Below are positions 18,203 to 28,496 of a DNA stretch of 64,000 nt, piece after piece. The stretch's first letter is position 1. Each line of letters starts with the position of its first letter. The position numbers and the translations under genes are program-made. The stretch covers positions 662,183-726,182 of the forward strand of contig CAVPBE010000001.1 in assembly GCA_963701745.1 (NCBI GenBank), written 5' to 3'. The notes below the pieces were generated by a model. It was not told the origin of the DNA and did not search any database. It saw only the letters and a list, made by a program, of their open reading frames with translations. The DNA is from an uncultured Bacteroidales bacterium (GTDB lineage Bacteria > Bacteroidota > Bacteroidia > Bacteroidales > VadinHA17).

Positions 18203-19507
18203 TCAAACCCTTTTTATATCTGCCCCTAGTGCATTCAGTCGGGCATCTATCTTCTGGTAGCCCCTGTCGATCTGCTCGATATTATGAATTTCACTTTTGC
18301 CATCGGCTGAGAGTGCAGCTATCAGCAGAGCAACTCCTGCCCTGATATCAGGGGAAGACATGGTGGTCCCTCTCAGCCTTATCATCTTATCGAGTCCTAT
18401 AACTGTTGCCCTGTGAGGATCGCAAAGGATTATCTGGGCTCCCATATCTATCAGCTTATCAACAAAGAAAAGGCGGCTTTCAAACATTTTTTGATGGATA
18501 AGAACTGCTCCCTTGGCCTGAGTTGCAGTGACCAGGAATACACTCAGGAGGTCGGGTGTAAGGCCTGGCCAGATAGCATCGGCTATAGTCATTATTGATC
18601 CGTCGATAAATGTCTCTATTTCATAGTGTTCCTGACCAGGAATATATATGTCATCAGCTTTTCTTTCAAATTTAATTCCCAGCCGGCGGAATGAGTCAGG
18701 GATGATACCGAGATTCTCATATGAAACATTTTTTATTGTTATCTCGGATCCCGTCATTGCCGCAAGTCCAATAAAGGACCCTATTTCAATCATATCGGGA
18801 AGAATTGTATGATTGCATCCGCAAAGTTCTTTTACCCCATCTATGTATAAGAGGTTTGACCCTATACCTTCAATCATGGCTCCCATTGATACCAGCATCC
18901 GGCACAGTTGCTGGATATAAGGTTCACATGCAGCATTATAAAGAGTTGTCCTGCCTTTTGCAAGCACTGCTGCCATAATAATATTGGCGGTGCCGGTAAC
19001 CGATGCCTCATCAAGATGTATATAAGCGCCTGATAAAGAATGAGCTTCAACTTTATAGAAAGGATCCACCGTGTCGAATTCGAACCTGGCTCCCAGTTTC
19101 TGAAACCCTGTAAAATGAGTATCAACCCTTCTGCGGCCTATTTTATCTCCCCCGGGTTTTGGGATAAAGGCGCTTCCAAACCTTGCAAGAAGAGGTCCTA
19201 CTATCATCAGGGATCCCCTGAGACTTGCGCTCTGATTTCTGAACTGGGCTGTCTGAAGATAGCTGAGGTCAATATTTATTGCTTCGAAGCTGATAACCGA
19301 TTCTGCTTCTTTTGATATTTTAACTCCCATGCAGCCTATCAGTTCAATAAGCTTGCTGACATCACTAATATCCGGAATATTGCTGATAGTTATTTTATCA
19401 GGTGTCAGAAGAGTTGCGCAGATAACCTGCAGAGCTTCATTTTTTGCTCCCTGGGGAATAATTTCACCTTTCAGTGATTTCCCGCCCTGAACAATAAAAC
19501 TACCCAT
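18203..19507 (-). CDS. murA: UDP-N-acetylglucosamine 1-carboxyvinyltransferase
   Basis: 434 aa. EPSP-synthase/MurA fold motifs (GAKNEALQVICATLL, KPGGDKIGRRRVDTH) with full-length collinearity to MurA. Confidence 0.9.
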   Translation of the reverse strand: MGSFIVQGGKSLKGEIIPQGAKNEALQVICATLLTPDKITISNIPDISDVSKLIELIGCMGVKISKEAESVISFEAINIDLSYLQTAQFRNQSASLRGSLMIVGPLLARFGSAFIPKPGGDKIGRRRVDTHFTGFQKLGARFEFDTVDPFYKVEAHSLSGAYIHLDEASVTGTANIIMAAVLAKGRTTLYNAACEPYIQQLCRMLVSMGAMIEGIGSNLLYIDGVKELCGCNHTILPDMIEIGSFIGLAAMTGSEITIKNVSYENLGIIPDSFRRLGIKFERKADDIYIPGQEHYEIETFIDGSIMTIADAIWPGLTPDLLSVFLVTATQAKGAVLIHQKMFESRLFFVDKLIDMGAQIILCDPHRATVIGLDKMIRLRGTTMSSPDIRAGVALLIAALSADGKSEIHNIEQIDRGYQKIDARLNALGADIKRV

Positions 19508-20154
19508 TAATGACGATTATGTACTTTTTTCCTGATAAATGGTTTATTCGACTGTTTTCCGTGAGGTCTTCCCATCTGAGGTTTCTTCTTAACCGGAGGC
19601 AACAGTTCCCTTACTTCAAGGATTTTAACACCGTCTGTTATTTTGAGCCTTCCGCGTGATAACAATTTCATATCGCCAATAATCACCTCATCGCTTACCT
19701 GTCCGCGGTTCCAGGTAATATAGGATTTCTTCATCTGGTTGACAATAAGATTCGTGAGGTATTCTTTTTCTTCACCATCATCCATTTCAGAGGCGGCATT
19801 GATCATCAGTTCAATTATCCGGCCATAATGAAGATATCTTATGTCGCCCTGCCTGTATGGCACCTGATTTGGCTTTTCAATGAATTTGGAAGCTTCAGGA
19901 GGTGAGAATGGGAAATCAATATCTAGATCAAAATCAGCAATGATTGAAAGATGATCCCATAATTTATGCTTGAAGTCCCCAATGTCGCGGATCTGGGGAT
20001 TGAGATTCCCCATGATCTGTATTATAGTTTTTGCAGCACGGTTTCTTTCATCCCTGTCCTGGATAGTCTTTATATGATCGACCATTTTCTGAACATTCCT
20101 GCCATATTCAGGCAAGGCCATTCTTTTTCGCTGGGTGTTATAGTCGTAATTCAT
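19507..20154 (-). CDS. DUF4290-like protein (conserved upstream partner of murA in Bacteroidota)
   Basis: The likely start is MNYDYNTQRKRMALPEYGRNVQKMV at 20154; the track ORF is extended to 20220. Its stop overlaps the murA start codon by 1 nt. Confidence 0.65.
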   Translation of the reverse strand: MNYDYNTQRKRMALPEYGRNVQKMVDHIKTIQDRDERNRAAKTIIQIMGNLNPQIRDIGDFKHKLWDHLSIIADFDLDIDFPFSPPEASKFIEKPNQVPYRQGDIRYLHYGRIIELMINAASEMDDGEEKEYLTNLIVNQMKKSYITWNRGQVSDEVIIGDMKLLSRGRLKITDGVKILEVRELLPPVKKKPQMGRPHGKQSNKPFIRKKVHNRH

Positions 20155-20291
20155 CAAATGATATCTATTTCCTGCAAAGCTAATAATTAAATGCAAAAAA
20201 ATACAAGTTGCTCGTTGCAAGTTGCTTGTTGCAGGTTAATATGTTTTCAACAAATCATTTTTAACTTTGAAAAGCTAATATTTGAATAAAT

Positions 20292-21881
20292 ATGTATAAA
20301 ATACTTCTGGTCATAATCTCGTTGAACTTGTTGATACCGTTAAAAGCAGATGATGGTTATAAGCGCAATCCCTTAATCGATGTATTAAATTACACATTCA
20401 GAATTTCGATCAGCGATACGAGTGATATAATTTACGGGGAAGCTGCAATTTCAATGAATTTCAGGGGACAAGTATCTGATATGGAGTTTGATCTGAAAAT
20501 CTTAAAGTCTGATGGAAAAGGGATGGTAATTGATTCGGTAAAATTTGATGTCTGCCGAATAAAATGGACCCATGCTCAGAACAAGCTTATGATTATTCCT
20601 GACAGTTCGCTGGCTGCCGGCTCAGATGGCATCCTGAAGGTATATTACCATGGCATCCCTGCCGACGGACTTATAATTTCAGAAAACAAATATAAGAACA
20701 GGTCATTTTTCTCTGACAACTGGCCCGACAGGGCTGGCAATTATTTACCATGCATCGATCATCCATATGATAAGGCAACTGTTGAATTCATAATTAACGC
20801 CCCGTCTCATTATGAGGTGGTTGCAAGCGGATATCTTGTTGAAGAGAGCCACCTCCCAGGAAATATGAAACTTACCCGATGGAAAGAGGATGTCCCCCTT
20901 GCCACAAAGGTAATGGCATTTGGAGCTGCGGAATTCGATTTCAGGCTTGCAGGTTTAGCAGGAAATGTACCTGTCTGGTCATATGTTTATAAAGAGAACA
21001 GCAATGAAGGATTCTATGATTATGGCATTGCTATCAGACCGGTTGAATTTTTCAGTGAACTGATAGGCCCCTACTCATATGAGAAGCTGGCTAATGTTCA
21101 ATCCAAAACAATATTCGGGGGACTAGAGAATGCCGGCTGCATTTTTTATGGTGAAAATTCGGTAACAGGCAAAGGCAGAGCGGAAGGTCTTATTGCCCAT
21201 GAGACTGCCCACCAATGGTTTGGCAATTCCGTTACCGAAAACGACTGGCACCATATATGGCTGAGTGAAGGCTTTGCAACTTATCTTACATCGGTTTATC
21301 TGGAGAAGAATTATGGCAGGGAACGGCTTTTGGAAGAAATGAAGAGCGACCGCGACCAGGTAATCAAGTTTTATCTTAGGTCGCCACGGCCTGTTATCGA
21401 TACAACAATTACAAACCTTATGAGACTCCTGAGTGTCAATTCATATCAGAAGGGCGCCTGGGTGCTTCATATGCTCAGGCATGAACTTGGGGAAGAAACC
21501 TTTTGGAGAGGCATGAGATTTTTTTATAAGAATTTCAGGAATATGAATGCACTTACCTCTGATTTTGAGATGGTGATGGAAGAAATCAGCGGAAAAGACC
21601 TCAGCGGATTTTTTAATCAGTGGTTATATGTTGCCGGACAACCTGATCTTAAAATCACGAACACTCCTTTAAAGAAAAATGGATATACAGACATAACAAT
21701 TGAACAGAAGCAGGAGTTTCTTTACAACTTTCCGGTTGAACTGTTAATTAATTCCCAGGAAGGGGTATACAGGAAAAGTGTTCAAATTTCTGAAAGGGTT
21801 ACAAAACTGACAGTCAAAAGTGTGAAAATAACTGAAATCGTGGCTGATCCTGATGTAAACCTCCTGTTCAGGCAACTTTGA
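20292..21881 (+). CDS. M1-family zinc aminopeptidase
   Basis: Signal peptide, the HETAHQWFGN (HExxH) motif and downstream WLSEGFATY providing the third zinc ligand Glu. Confidence 0.85.
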   Translation: MYKILLVIISLNLLIPLKADDGYKRNPLIDVLNYTFRISISDTSDIIYGEAAISMNFRGQVSDMEFDLKILKSDGKGMVIDSVKFDVCRIKWTHAQNKLMIIPDSSLAAGSDGILKVYYHGIPADGLIISENKYKNRSFFSDNWPDRAGNYLPCIDHPYDKATVEFIINAPSHYEVVASGYLVEESHLPGNMKLTRWKEDVPLATKVMAFGAAEFDFRLAGLAGNVPVWSYVYKENSNEGFYDYGIAIRPVEFFSELIGPYSYEKLANVQSKTIFGGLENAGCIFYGENSVTGKGRAEGLIAHETAHQWFGNSVTENDWHHIWLSEGFATYLTSVYLEKNYGRERLLEEMKSDRDQVIKFYLRSPRPVIDTTITNLMRLLSVNSYQKGAWVLHMLRHELGEETFWRGMRFFYKNFRNMNALTSDFEMVMEEISGKDLSGFFNQWLYVAGQPDLKITNTPLKKNGYTDITIEQKQEFLYNFPVELLINSQEGVYRKSVQISERVTKLTVKSVKITEIVADPDVNLLFRQL

Positions 21882-21919
21882 TATGAAAAAATGATTATAA
21901 GTTTTAGTCCTTATCATTC

Positions 21920-23053
21920 TTAATACAGCCAGTTGGTACCGGAAAAGGTGAGTTCATTTATTTTAATATTCTGATTATTAAGAAGCTTTCTTGAATTATT
22001 TAGGAAGAGCATCATTTTCTTATAATCAGCAGGATTAGTAAAGAATTCAGGCTTGTTCTCAAACTTTGAGCATGGCAGAATGAAGAACTTCTTCCTGTAG
22101 TTTTCAACAGGGGTATAGACCCAGGTAAGGTAGTAATCCGCATCAGAAACGTAAAGTGAATCAACCACTTTTGTCAGCTCAATCCTGACCATTGCACCCC
22201 CATCTCTTCTGATAGTTCTCTGGTTCGAAACAAAGTTTCCAAGTGAGTAAACTGCAATTCTGTCCCTCAGGGTGGAGTCATTTTTTATCCATTCCATTCT
22301 CTGGAGGACATGGGGATGGGAGCCGATTATCATGTCGACACCACGGCTAAAAAAATAATCAGCCAGGTCAGTCTGGATTTTTGAAGGCACAGTGTCATAT
22401 TCCGTTCCCCAGTGAAGGAACAGGATAATTGCATCAGGATCTTTGCTTTTTGCTTTTTCGATATCTGCTGAAACTGCATCCTTTTCAAGCATGTTTACAA
22501 TTACAGGAGGAGGAACTTTTATACCATTGGTTCCATACGTATAATTCAGCAGGGCCAGGGAAAATCCATTCTTTTCGATTACCATCGGGTAAAGAGAATC
22601 TTTTGCAGCAGGATCGATAAATGTACCGGTATGAGGAATACCTAGGCTGTCGAGTCTGCTAATAGTACTCAGGATACCCTTATTACTCCTGTCGGCAGCA
22701 TGATTATTGGCAGTCGCAAAAACATCTAGCCCTGCATTAAAACATGATATAGCAAGCTGAACAGGAGAGCTGAAAGTCGGATATCCGGAGTATGGAGAGC
22801 CGGCCAGTGTGACCTCGAAATTTGCAACTGCTACGTCGGCCTCCGAAATTTCATCCTTCACATACTGGAACACATCATCATAATTATACGAATGTGTTTC
22901 TCTGTCCTCAGCCGACCAGATCTGTTCAACATGACCCATGATATCGCCCATAAAAAGAAGTGAGATCTTCTCATTCAAGGTATCAGCATCCTGGGCCGAC
23001 AGTAAAAATGAATTGACTGTTATCAGAACAAGTGAGTTTATTTTTCTTAACAT
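21920..23053 (-). CDS. CapA-family metallophosphoesterase-like protein
   Basis: 377 aa. Signal peptide, GDIMGH, ANNHAADR and GSHPHVLQ motifs typical of CapA/PgsA-type proteins. Confidence 0.75.
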   Translation of the reverse strand: MLRKINSLVLITVNSFLLSAQDADTLNEKISLLFMGDIMGHVEQIWSAEDRETHSYNYDDVFQYVKDEISEADVAVANFEVTLAGSPYSGYPTFSSPVQLAISCFNAGLDVFATANNHAADRSNKGILSTISRLDSLGIPHTGTFIDPAAKDSLYPMVIEKNGFSLALLNYTYGTNGIKVPPPVIVNMLEKDAVSADIEKAKSKDPDAIILFLHWGTEYDTVPSKIQTDLADYFFSRGVDMIIGSHPHVLQRMEWIKNDSTLRDRIAVYSLGNFVSNQRTIRRDGGAMVRIELTKVVDSLYVSDADYYLTWVYTPVENYRKKFFILPCSKFENKPEFFTNPADYKKMMLFLNNSRKLLNNQNIKINELTFSGTNWLY

Positions 23054-23143
23054 ATATTACTCTAATAAAGAATTCATAAATTTAATAATTATTAAATTTG
23101 CCGGCTTAAAATTCTGGAGTCCATTAACTGATCCACAAATACG

Positions 23144-25102
23144 ATGAAGGAATCGGGAAATCAACCTGATATTAAAAAGCTCTCTCTTTTAGGTGTAATA
23201 GTGACGATGGGGATTGTTTTTGGCGATCTTGGGACGAGTCCGTTGTACACTATGCGGGCTATCCTGATAGGAGGGGGAGACAATTTCAGCGACTTGCTGA
23301 TTTATGGGTCATTATCCTGCATTTTCTGGACGCTTACATTGTCAACAACAATAAAGTACGTAATTATTGTACTGAGGGCTGACAATAATGGTGAAGGAGG
23401 TATTTTTGCACTTTTTGCCCTTATAAATAAGAAATCCTCATGGGTTGCTGTGCTTACAATGATAGGTGGTGCGGCACTGCTTGCCGATGGAGTTTTAGCC
23501 CCTTCAATTACTGTTACTTCAGCCATAGAAGGCCTTAGAATGATTAATTCTGAAATTCCGGTTGTCCCAATAGTCCTGATTATAATTACAGCCCTATTCT
23601 TTATACAGCAATTTGGAACTAAATTAATCGGAAGCTCATTCGGTCCAATAATGCTGATCTGGTTTACTATGCTGGGAGTACTGGGTCTTTCTCAGGTAAT
23701 CCTGCATCCTTTTATTTTTCAGGCAGTCAACCCGGTTTACGCTTTCAGATTTCTTTCAGTATACCCGGGGGGATTTGTTCTTCTTGCAGCGGTATTTCTT
23801 TGCACAACCGGAGCTGAAGCTCTTTATGCTGATCTTGGACATTGTGGAAGATTAAACATAAGAGTATCATGGATATATGTAAAACTATGCCTTCTTTTAA
23901 ACTATTTCGGACAAGGTGCATGGCTTATCTTAAATTATTCACCAGGTTCGGATATAAATCCGTTTTTTAAAATAATGCCTCAATGGCTCCTTTTACCGGG
24001 AATATTGCTTGCGACAGCAGCTGCTATTATCGCCAGCCAGGCGATTATTAGCGGATCGTTTACCCTGATAAGCGAAGCCGTTTCCCTGAACTTCTGGCCG
24101 AGAGTACGGACTCTTCACCCGACTTATATAATGGGCCAGGTCTATGTACCCTTTGTGAACTGGTTCCTGTGGATAGCGTGTACCCTTGTAGTCATCTCAT
24201 TTCAGCAATCTGAAAACATGAGCGCAGCTTACGGTCTTGCGATAACAATTACAGAAATCATGACAACCTGCCTTTTATCATACTACCTGCTGCAAAAAGG
24301 TATCAACCACCGACTGATTCTCCTTCTGCTTATGGTTTACCTTACGATAGAAGGTAGTTTCCTGATAGCTAATCTTTACAAATTCAAAAATGGAGGCTGG
24401 TTCACACTGTTACTTGCTTCATCATATTTTCTGCTAATGTTTGGCTGGTATTTCGGAAGAAAAATAAAGAACAGGTACATTACATTTGCGACACTTAATA
24501 AATATACTGACCTTTTCAGAGACCTGTCAAAAGATCTATCTGTTCCAAAAACTGCAACCAACCTTGTTTATATAATCAGGGCAAACAGGAAAGACCAGGT
24601 TGAATCGAAAGTCATATTCTCGATCTTTCATAAACAACCAAAGAGAGCTGATACCTATTGGTTTATCCATATCGACAGGGTTACTGATCCTAACCAGTTT
24701 GAATATCATGTAACCCAACTGATCCCGGGAATTCTGATCAGGATTGATTTTGAAATCGGATTCAAGGTCGAACCCAAGATCAACCTCTATTTCAGGGAGG
24801 TAATAGAAGATCTTGCGGGAGATGGTGAGATTAAACTCGAAAGCGGTTATGATTCGCTGAGAAAATACAATGTACCTGGCGATTTCAAATTTGTCAATAT
24901 TGAAAGAATTATGCCCAGAGATTTCAAGCTGAGCAACAGGGAGAATTTCATTCTCTCCTTTTACAGAATTGCCAACAGGTTGAATAATAATGATGTAAGA
25001 TTTCTTCAGCTTGATTCAACAAATACTATAATTGAACAGGTACCTATACTGATTGATCAGCCCAGTCACATGAGGATTAAGCGGATGAATACTCTGGAGT
25101 AA
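23144..25102 (+). CDS. kup: KUP/HAK/KT potassium transporter (copy 1)
   Basis: 652 aa. GDLGTSPLYT, NGEGGIFAL and TGAEALYADLGHCG motifs; multi-TM plus a cytoplasmic C-terminal domain. Confidence 0.9.
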   Translation: MKESGNQPDIKKLSLLGVIVTMGIVFGDLGTSPLYTMRAILIGGGDNFSDLLIYGSLSCIFWTLTLSTTIKYVIIVLRADNNGEGGIFALFALINKKSSWVAVLTMIGGAALLADGVLAPSITVTSAIEGLRMINSEIPVVPIVLIIITALFFIQQFGTKLIGSSFGPIMLIWFTMLGVLGLSQVILHPFIFQAVNPVYAFRFLSVYPGGFVLLAAVFLCTTGAEALYADLGHCGRLNIRVSWIYVKLCLLLNYFGQGAWLILNYSPGSDINPFFKIMPQWLLLPGILLATAAAIIASQAIISGSFTLISEAVSLNFWPRVRTLHPTYIMGQVYVPFVNWFLWIACTLVVISFQQSENMSAAYGLAITITEIMTTCLLSYYLLQKGINHRLILLLLMVYLTIEGSFLIANLYKFKNGGWFTLLLASSYFLLMFGWYFGRKIKNRYITFATLNKYTDLFRDLSKDLSVPKTATNLVYIIRANRKDQVESKVIFSIFHKQPKRADTYWFIHIDRVTDPNQFEYHVTQLIPGILIRIDFEIGFKVEPKINLYFREVIEDLAGDGEIKLESGYDSLRKYNVPGDFKFVNIERIMPRDFKLSNRENFILSFYRIANRLNNNDVRFLQLDSTNTIIEQVPILIDQPSHMRIKRMNTLE

Positions 25103-27051
25103 TGGAAAAGAAACAGGGGCACCTTGATATCAGCAAGCTTTCCATCGGGGGATTGATCATAACACTTGGAATTGTCTTCGGGGATATTGGTACCAGTCCT
25201 CTCTATACCATGAAAGCAATAGTTCTGGGCGGTACCGGTAACTTCAATGACCTGTTGGTTTACGGTTCGTTATCATGTATCTTCTGGACATTGACACTTC
25301 AGACAACCATCAAGTATATAATCATTACTTTACAAGCAGATAATAAAGGAGAAGGAGGTATATATGCACTTTTTGCGCTCCTCAAAAAGAAATCAGGGTG
25401 GGCTGCAAGCCTTACTATGATCGGAGGGGCAGCCCTGCTGGCCGACGGAGTAATAACACCTTCAATTACAGTCACGTCTGCTATTGAAGGATTAAGACTA
25501 TTCAATCCTGATATTCCAGTAGTTCCAATTGTCCTTATAATTTTTGCAGTGCTTTTCTTTATCCAGAAGTTTGGGACAAATATTGTAGGTTCATCTTTCG
25601 GACCGATTATGGTCGTCTGGTTTTTAATGCTCGGAGTCCTGGGTTTTTCCCAACTTGTAATTTATCCTGACATAATAAAAGCCGTAAATCCTGTCTTTGC
25701 CATAAAATTCCTCACTCAATATCCTGGAGGATTTATACTTCTTGGAGCTGTTTTCCTGTGTACAACAGGTGCCGAAGCTCTCTATTCCGATCTGGGCCAC
25801 TGCGGCCGGAAGAATATCCGTATCTCCTGGATATTTGTAAAAACGATGCTTTTATTAAATTACTTCGGACAAGGATCATGGTTATTGACAAATAAGATTC
25901 CTGGAGGTGATTTCAATCCATTTTTTATTATCGTGCCAGCATGGTTTCTATTACCAGCAATTCTCATTTCAACGGCAGCTGCAATAATTGCCAGTCAGGC
26001 ACTTATCACAGGCTCATTTACGCTTATCAGCGAAGCAGTTTCACTTAACTTCTGGCCTAAGATCAGGATCTTATACCCGACTCAAGTCAAAGGTCAGGTT
26101 TACCTGCCTTTCGTTAACTTGTTCCTGTGGATAATGTGCAGTCTGGTTGTATTATTTTTCAGGGAATCCTCGAATATGGAGGCGGCATATGGGCTGGCAA
26201 TTACAATTACGATGATAATGACCACCCTGCTTTTATCATATTACCTGTATCAAAAGAGTACGCATCATCAATTTTCCCTGCTGATGCTGATCGCATTCCT
26301 TTCTATTGAGGGCAGTTTTCTTATAGCAAATCTTCATAAATTCAAGTACGGTGGCTGGTTTACACTGCTACTTGCATTGATATACTTTCTTATAATGCTT
26401 GGCTGGTATTTTGGAAGGAAGATAAGGAACCGCCACATAACTTTCGTAAAGCTTGATGGCTATCTACCCCTTATTAAGGATTTGAGCAAAGACAAATCAG
26501 TACCGATAACATCAACCAATCTTGTTTACCTCATAAAAGCCAATAATAAGGATCAGGTGGAGGCAAAGGTTCTTTATTCGATTTTTCAGAAACAGCCTAA
26601 AAGGGCAGAAGTCTATTGGCTGCTTCATGTAGACAGGGTTGATGATCCGTACCGGTTTGAATATGAGGTCGAACAGTTAATCCCCGGGATTCTGATAAGA
26701 GTCGATTTTCATATTGGGTTTAAAATCGATCCCAGGATCAATCTCTACTTTAAAGAGGTTCTTGAAGATCTTTCTGAAACAGGCGAAATAAACCTGAAGA
26801 GCAGCTATAATTCTTTGAAAAAGCACGACCTACCGGGCGATTTTAAATTCATTATTATCGAAAGGATAATTCTACGCGACTTTAAATTGTCAACCTGGGA
26901 GAACTTCATTCTTGCCATTAACGGATTAGCTCAATTGATAAGCCTGCCTGAGATTAGAGCCCTTAAGCTGGATCCGACTAATACAATTACAGAACAGGTG
27001 CCAATTGTTATTAATCAACCTGTTGAGAAGAGAATAAGTCGTTCAAACTGA
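25102..27051 (+). CDS. kup: KUP/HAK/KT potassium transporter (copy 2, tandem paralogue)
   Basis: 649 aa, collinear with copy 1 and highly similar by eye (most aligned positions match, not counted). TAATG stop/start overlap with copy 1. Confidence 0.9.
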   Translation: MEKKQGHLDISKLSIGGLIITLGIVFGDIGTSPLYTMKAIVLGGTGNFNDLLVYGSLSCIFWTLTLQTTIKYIIITLQADNKGEGGIYALFALLKKKSGWAASLTMIGGAALLADGVITPSITVTSAIEGLRLFNPDIPVVPIVLIIFAVLFFIQKFGTNIVGSSFGPIMVVWFLMLGVLGFSQLVIYPDIIKAVNPVFAIKFLTQYPGGFILLGAVFLCTTGAEALYSDLGHCGRKNIRISWIFVKTMLLLNYFGQGSWLLTNKIPGGDFNPFFIIVPAWFLLPAILISTAAAIIASQALITGSFTLISEAVSLNFWPKIRILYPTQVKGQVYLPFVNLFLWIMCSLVVLFFRESSNMEAAYGLAITITMIMTTLLLSYYLYQKSTHHQFSLLMLIAFLSIEGSFLIANLHKFKYGGWFTLLLALIYFLIMLGWYFGRKIRNRHITFVKLDGYLPLIKDLSKDKSVPITSTNLVYLIKANNKDQVEAKVLYSIFQKQPKRAEVYWLLHVDRVDDPYRFEYEVEQLIPGILIRVDFHIGFKIDPRINLYFKEVLEDLSETGEINLKSSYNSLKKHDLPGDFKFIIIERIILRDFKLSTWENFILAINGLAQLISLPEIRALKLDPTNTITEQVPIVINQPVEKRISRSN

Positions 27052-28491
27052 TCATTTTTTTCTGAGGATATTAATTGCACAAAGGAATCCGCTAAATATC
27101 GCTCCTGAAAAACCGCCCCCTGTTTTACCCCAGGCGGAAGCAATATGCAGATTATCAAAAATGCCAGAGAAATTGACAGCCGGTTTCCCGGGAGACTGAG
27201 CAAATCCGTAAACAGCTCCTCCGGGATTTAATGTATAGCGTTTTATGGTAGCCGGTGTGCCGACCTCATAATACTCAATAACATTGGTTATGCCCGGAAT
27301 GAGATCTTCAAGCCTTTGAATGAAAATCTTTGCTGCCTTTTCTTTCTTCTTTTTGTATTCTGCCGGAGATAAAAGTTCCCAGTCTTTCAAATAATCAATA
27401 CAACAGATTGCACCTACGCTTCTTCCTTCAGGGGCAAGTCCCGAATCTATCTGACCATAATCGACAAAAGTAAAACTCCTGGTTTGGAAATCTGACTTAT
27501 TGTTCTTATAGATGTCAGCCTGAGTCCTTACCGAACTATCAAATACAAAAGTCGAATAGTAATCATTACCTATGTCCTTAAGGGAATTCCTGAAACCAAA
27601 ATAAATCGTTAGCAATGATGCTCCTGGATTCTGGATTTTAATTTCATCATTTAATTTACTGCCGGGTTCTTCCATCAATAATCCCGCTACATTCGGAAGA
27701 GCCGTATTGGCAACTATTTCATCTGCATATGCCGTAATTATGTCAGTTGCAGAACCTGTTTTCTTGTTATAAGTTACTCCATGAAGTTTAGTCCCTTCTG
27801 TCAGTATACCCGTAACAAGATGGTTCAATAAGACTTTACCACCATGGTTCCTGATATATTCTGCCAGGTGATCTGAAAGTTTCTGTGAACCTCCTTTAAT
27901 AAAGCTGGCACCTCCTTTAAAATAGCTCCCCTGTGCAATTGAGTAATAAGTAAGTGATAGTGAATAAGGATCGTCGTGGAAATATCCCAGGTTACCAAGT
28001 AAAACAAGTTTAAGATCTTCATTATGGATTATCGAATCAATAAATTCTCCAAGGCTTTGTTCTTTTATTATCCCGCTTTGAGGAGATTTCCTTTTTGGGT
28101 TAAGTATCTGATCAAAAAAAGCTTTGATGCCATCAATCTCTCCAGGAAATTGCTTTCCTAAAACTTTCATGGCCTCAACAGGATCGTGAGGTATGGTAAT
28201 ATTCAGATAATCGCTGGCAAAATGATAAAACTCCGGTACGCGTATAAATTCAATATTTCCGAAAACATCAAGTTCGCCGAATATTTTTGATTTCATGTCT
28301 CCCGGTGAAGGGCCGTCCATCTCATGTAATCCCACCTCCATGGTAAGATCACCACGTTTAAAAGTTGTTGCACAACCTCCAGGTCTATCGTGCTGCTCAA
28401 TGAGCAACACTGATTTACCTTCCCTTGCAAGTTTTGCACCGGCAGTCAGGCCACCCAATCCACCTCCAATAATAATAATATCATATTTCAT
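27052..28491 (-). CDS. FAD-dependent oxidoreductase of the phytoene-desaturase (CrtI) family
   Basis: N-terminal dinucleotide fold YDIIIIGGGLGGLTAGAKLAREGKSVLLIEQ; the length and C-terminal GGG..GAI region are typical of CrtI-like enzymes. Confidence 0.7.
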   Translation of the reverse strand: MKYDIIIIGGGLGGLTAGAKLAREGKSVLLIEQHDRPGGCATTFKRGDLTMEVGLHEMDGPSPGDMKSKIFGELDVFGNIEFIRVPEFYHFASDYLNITIPHDPVEAMKVLGKQFPGEIDGIKAFFDQILNPKRKSPQSGIIKEQSLGEFIDSIIHNEDLKLVLLGNLGYFHDDPYSLSLTYYSIAQGSYFKGGASFIKGGSQKLSDHLAEYIRNHGGKVLLNHLVTGILTEGTKLHGVTYNKKTGSATDIITAYADEIVANTALPNVAGLLMEEPGSKLNDEIKIQNPGASLLTIYFGFRNSLKDIGNDYYSTFVFDSSVRTQADIYKNNKSDFQTRSFTFVDYGQIDSGLAPEGRSVGAICCIDYLKDWELLSPAEYKKKKEKAAKIFIQRLEDLIPGITNVIEYYEVGTPATIKRYTLNPGGAVYGFAQSPGKPAVNFSGIFDNLHIASAWGKTGGGFSGAIFSGFLCAINILRKK

Positions 28492-28496
28492 ACTGC

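Noticed and set aside
19507-20220. The longer N-terminal extensions given in the ORF track for several genes (19507-20220, 31564-33450, 33484-35487, 36601-37071, 36986-37597, 41385-42416).
   Set aside because: Internal ATGs give N-termini that match family-typical starts or clean signal peptides. They also remove overlaps with neighbouring genes or repeat elements, so I used the shorter coordinates.
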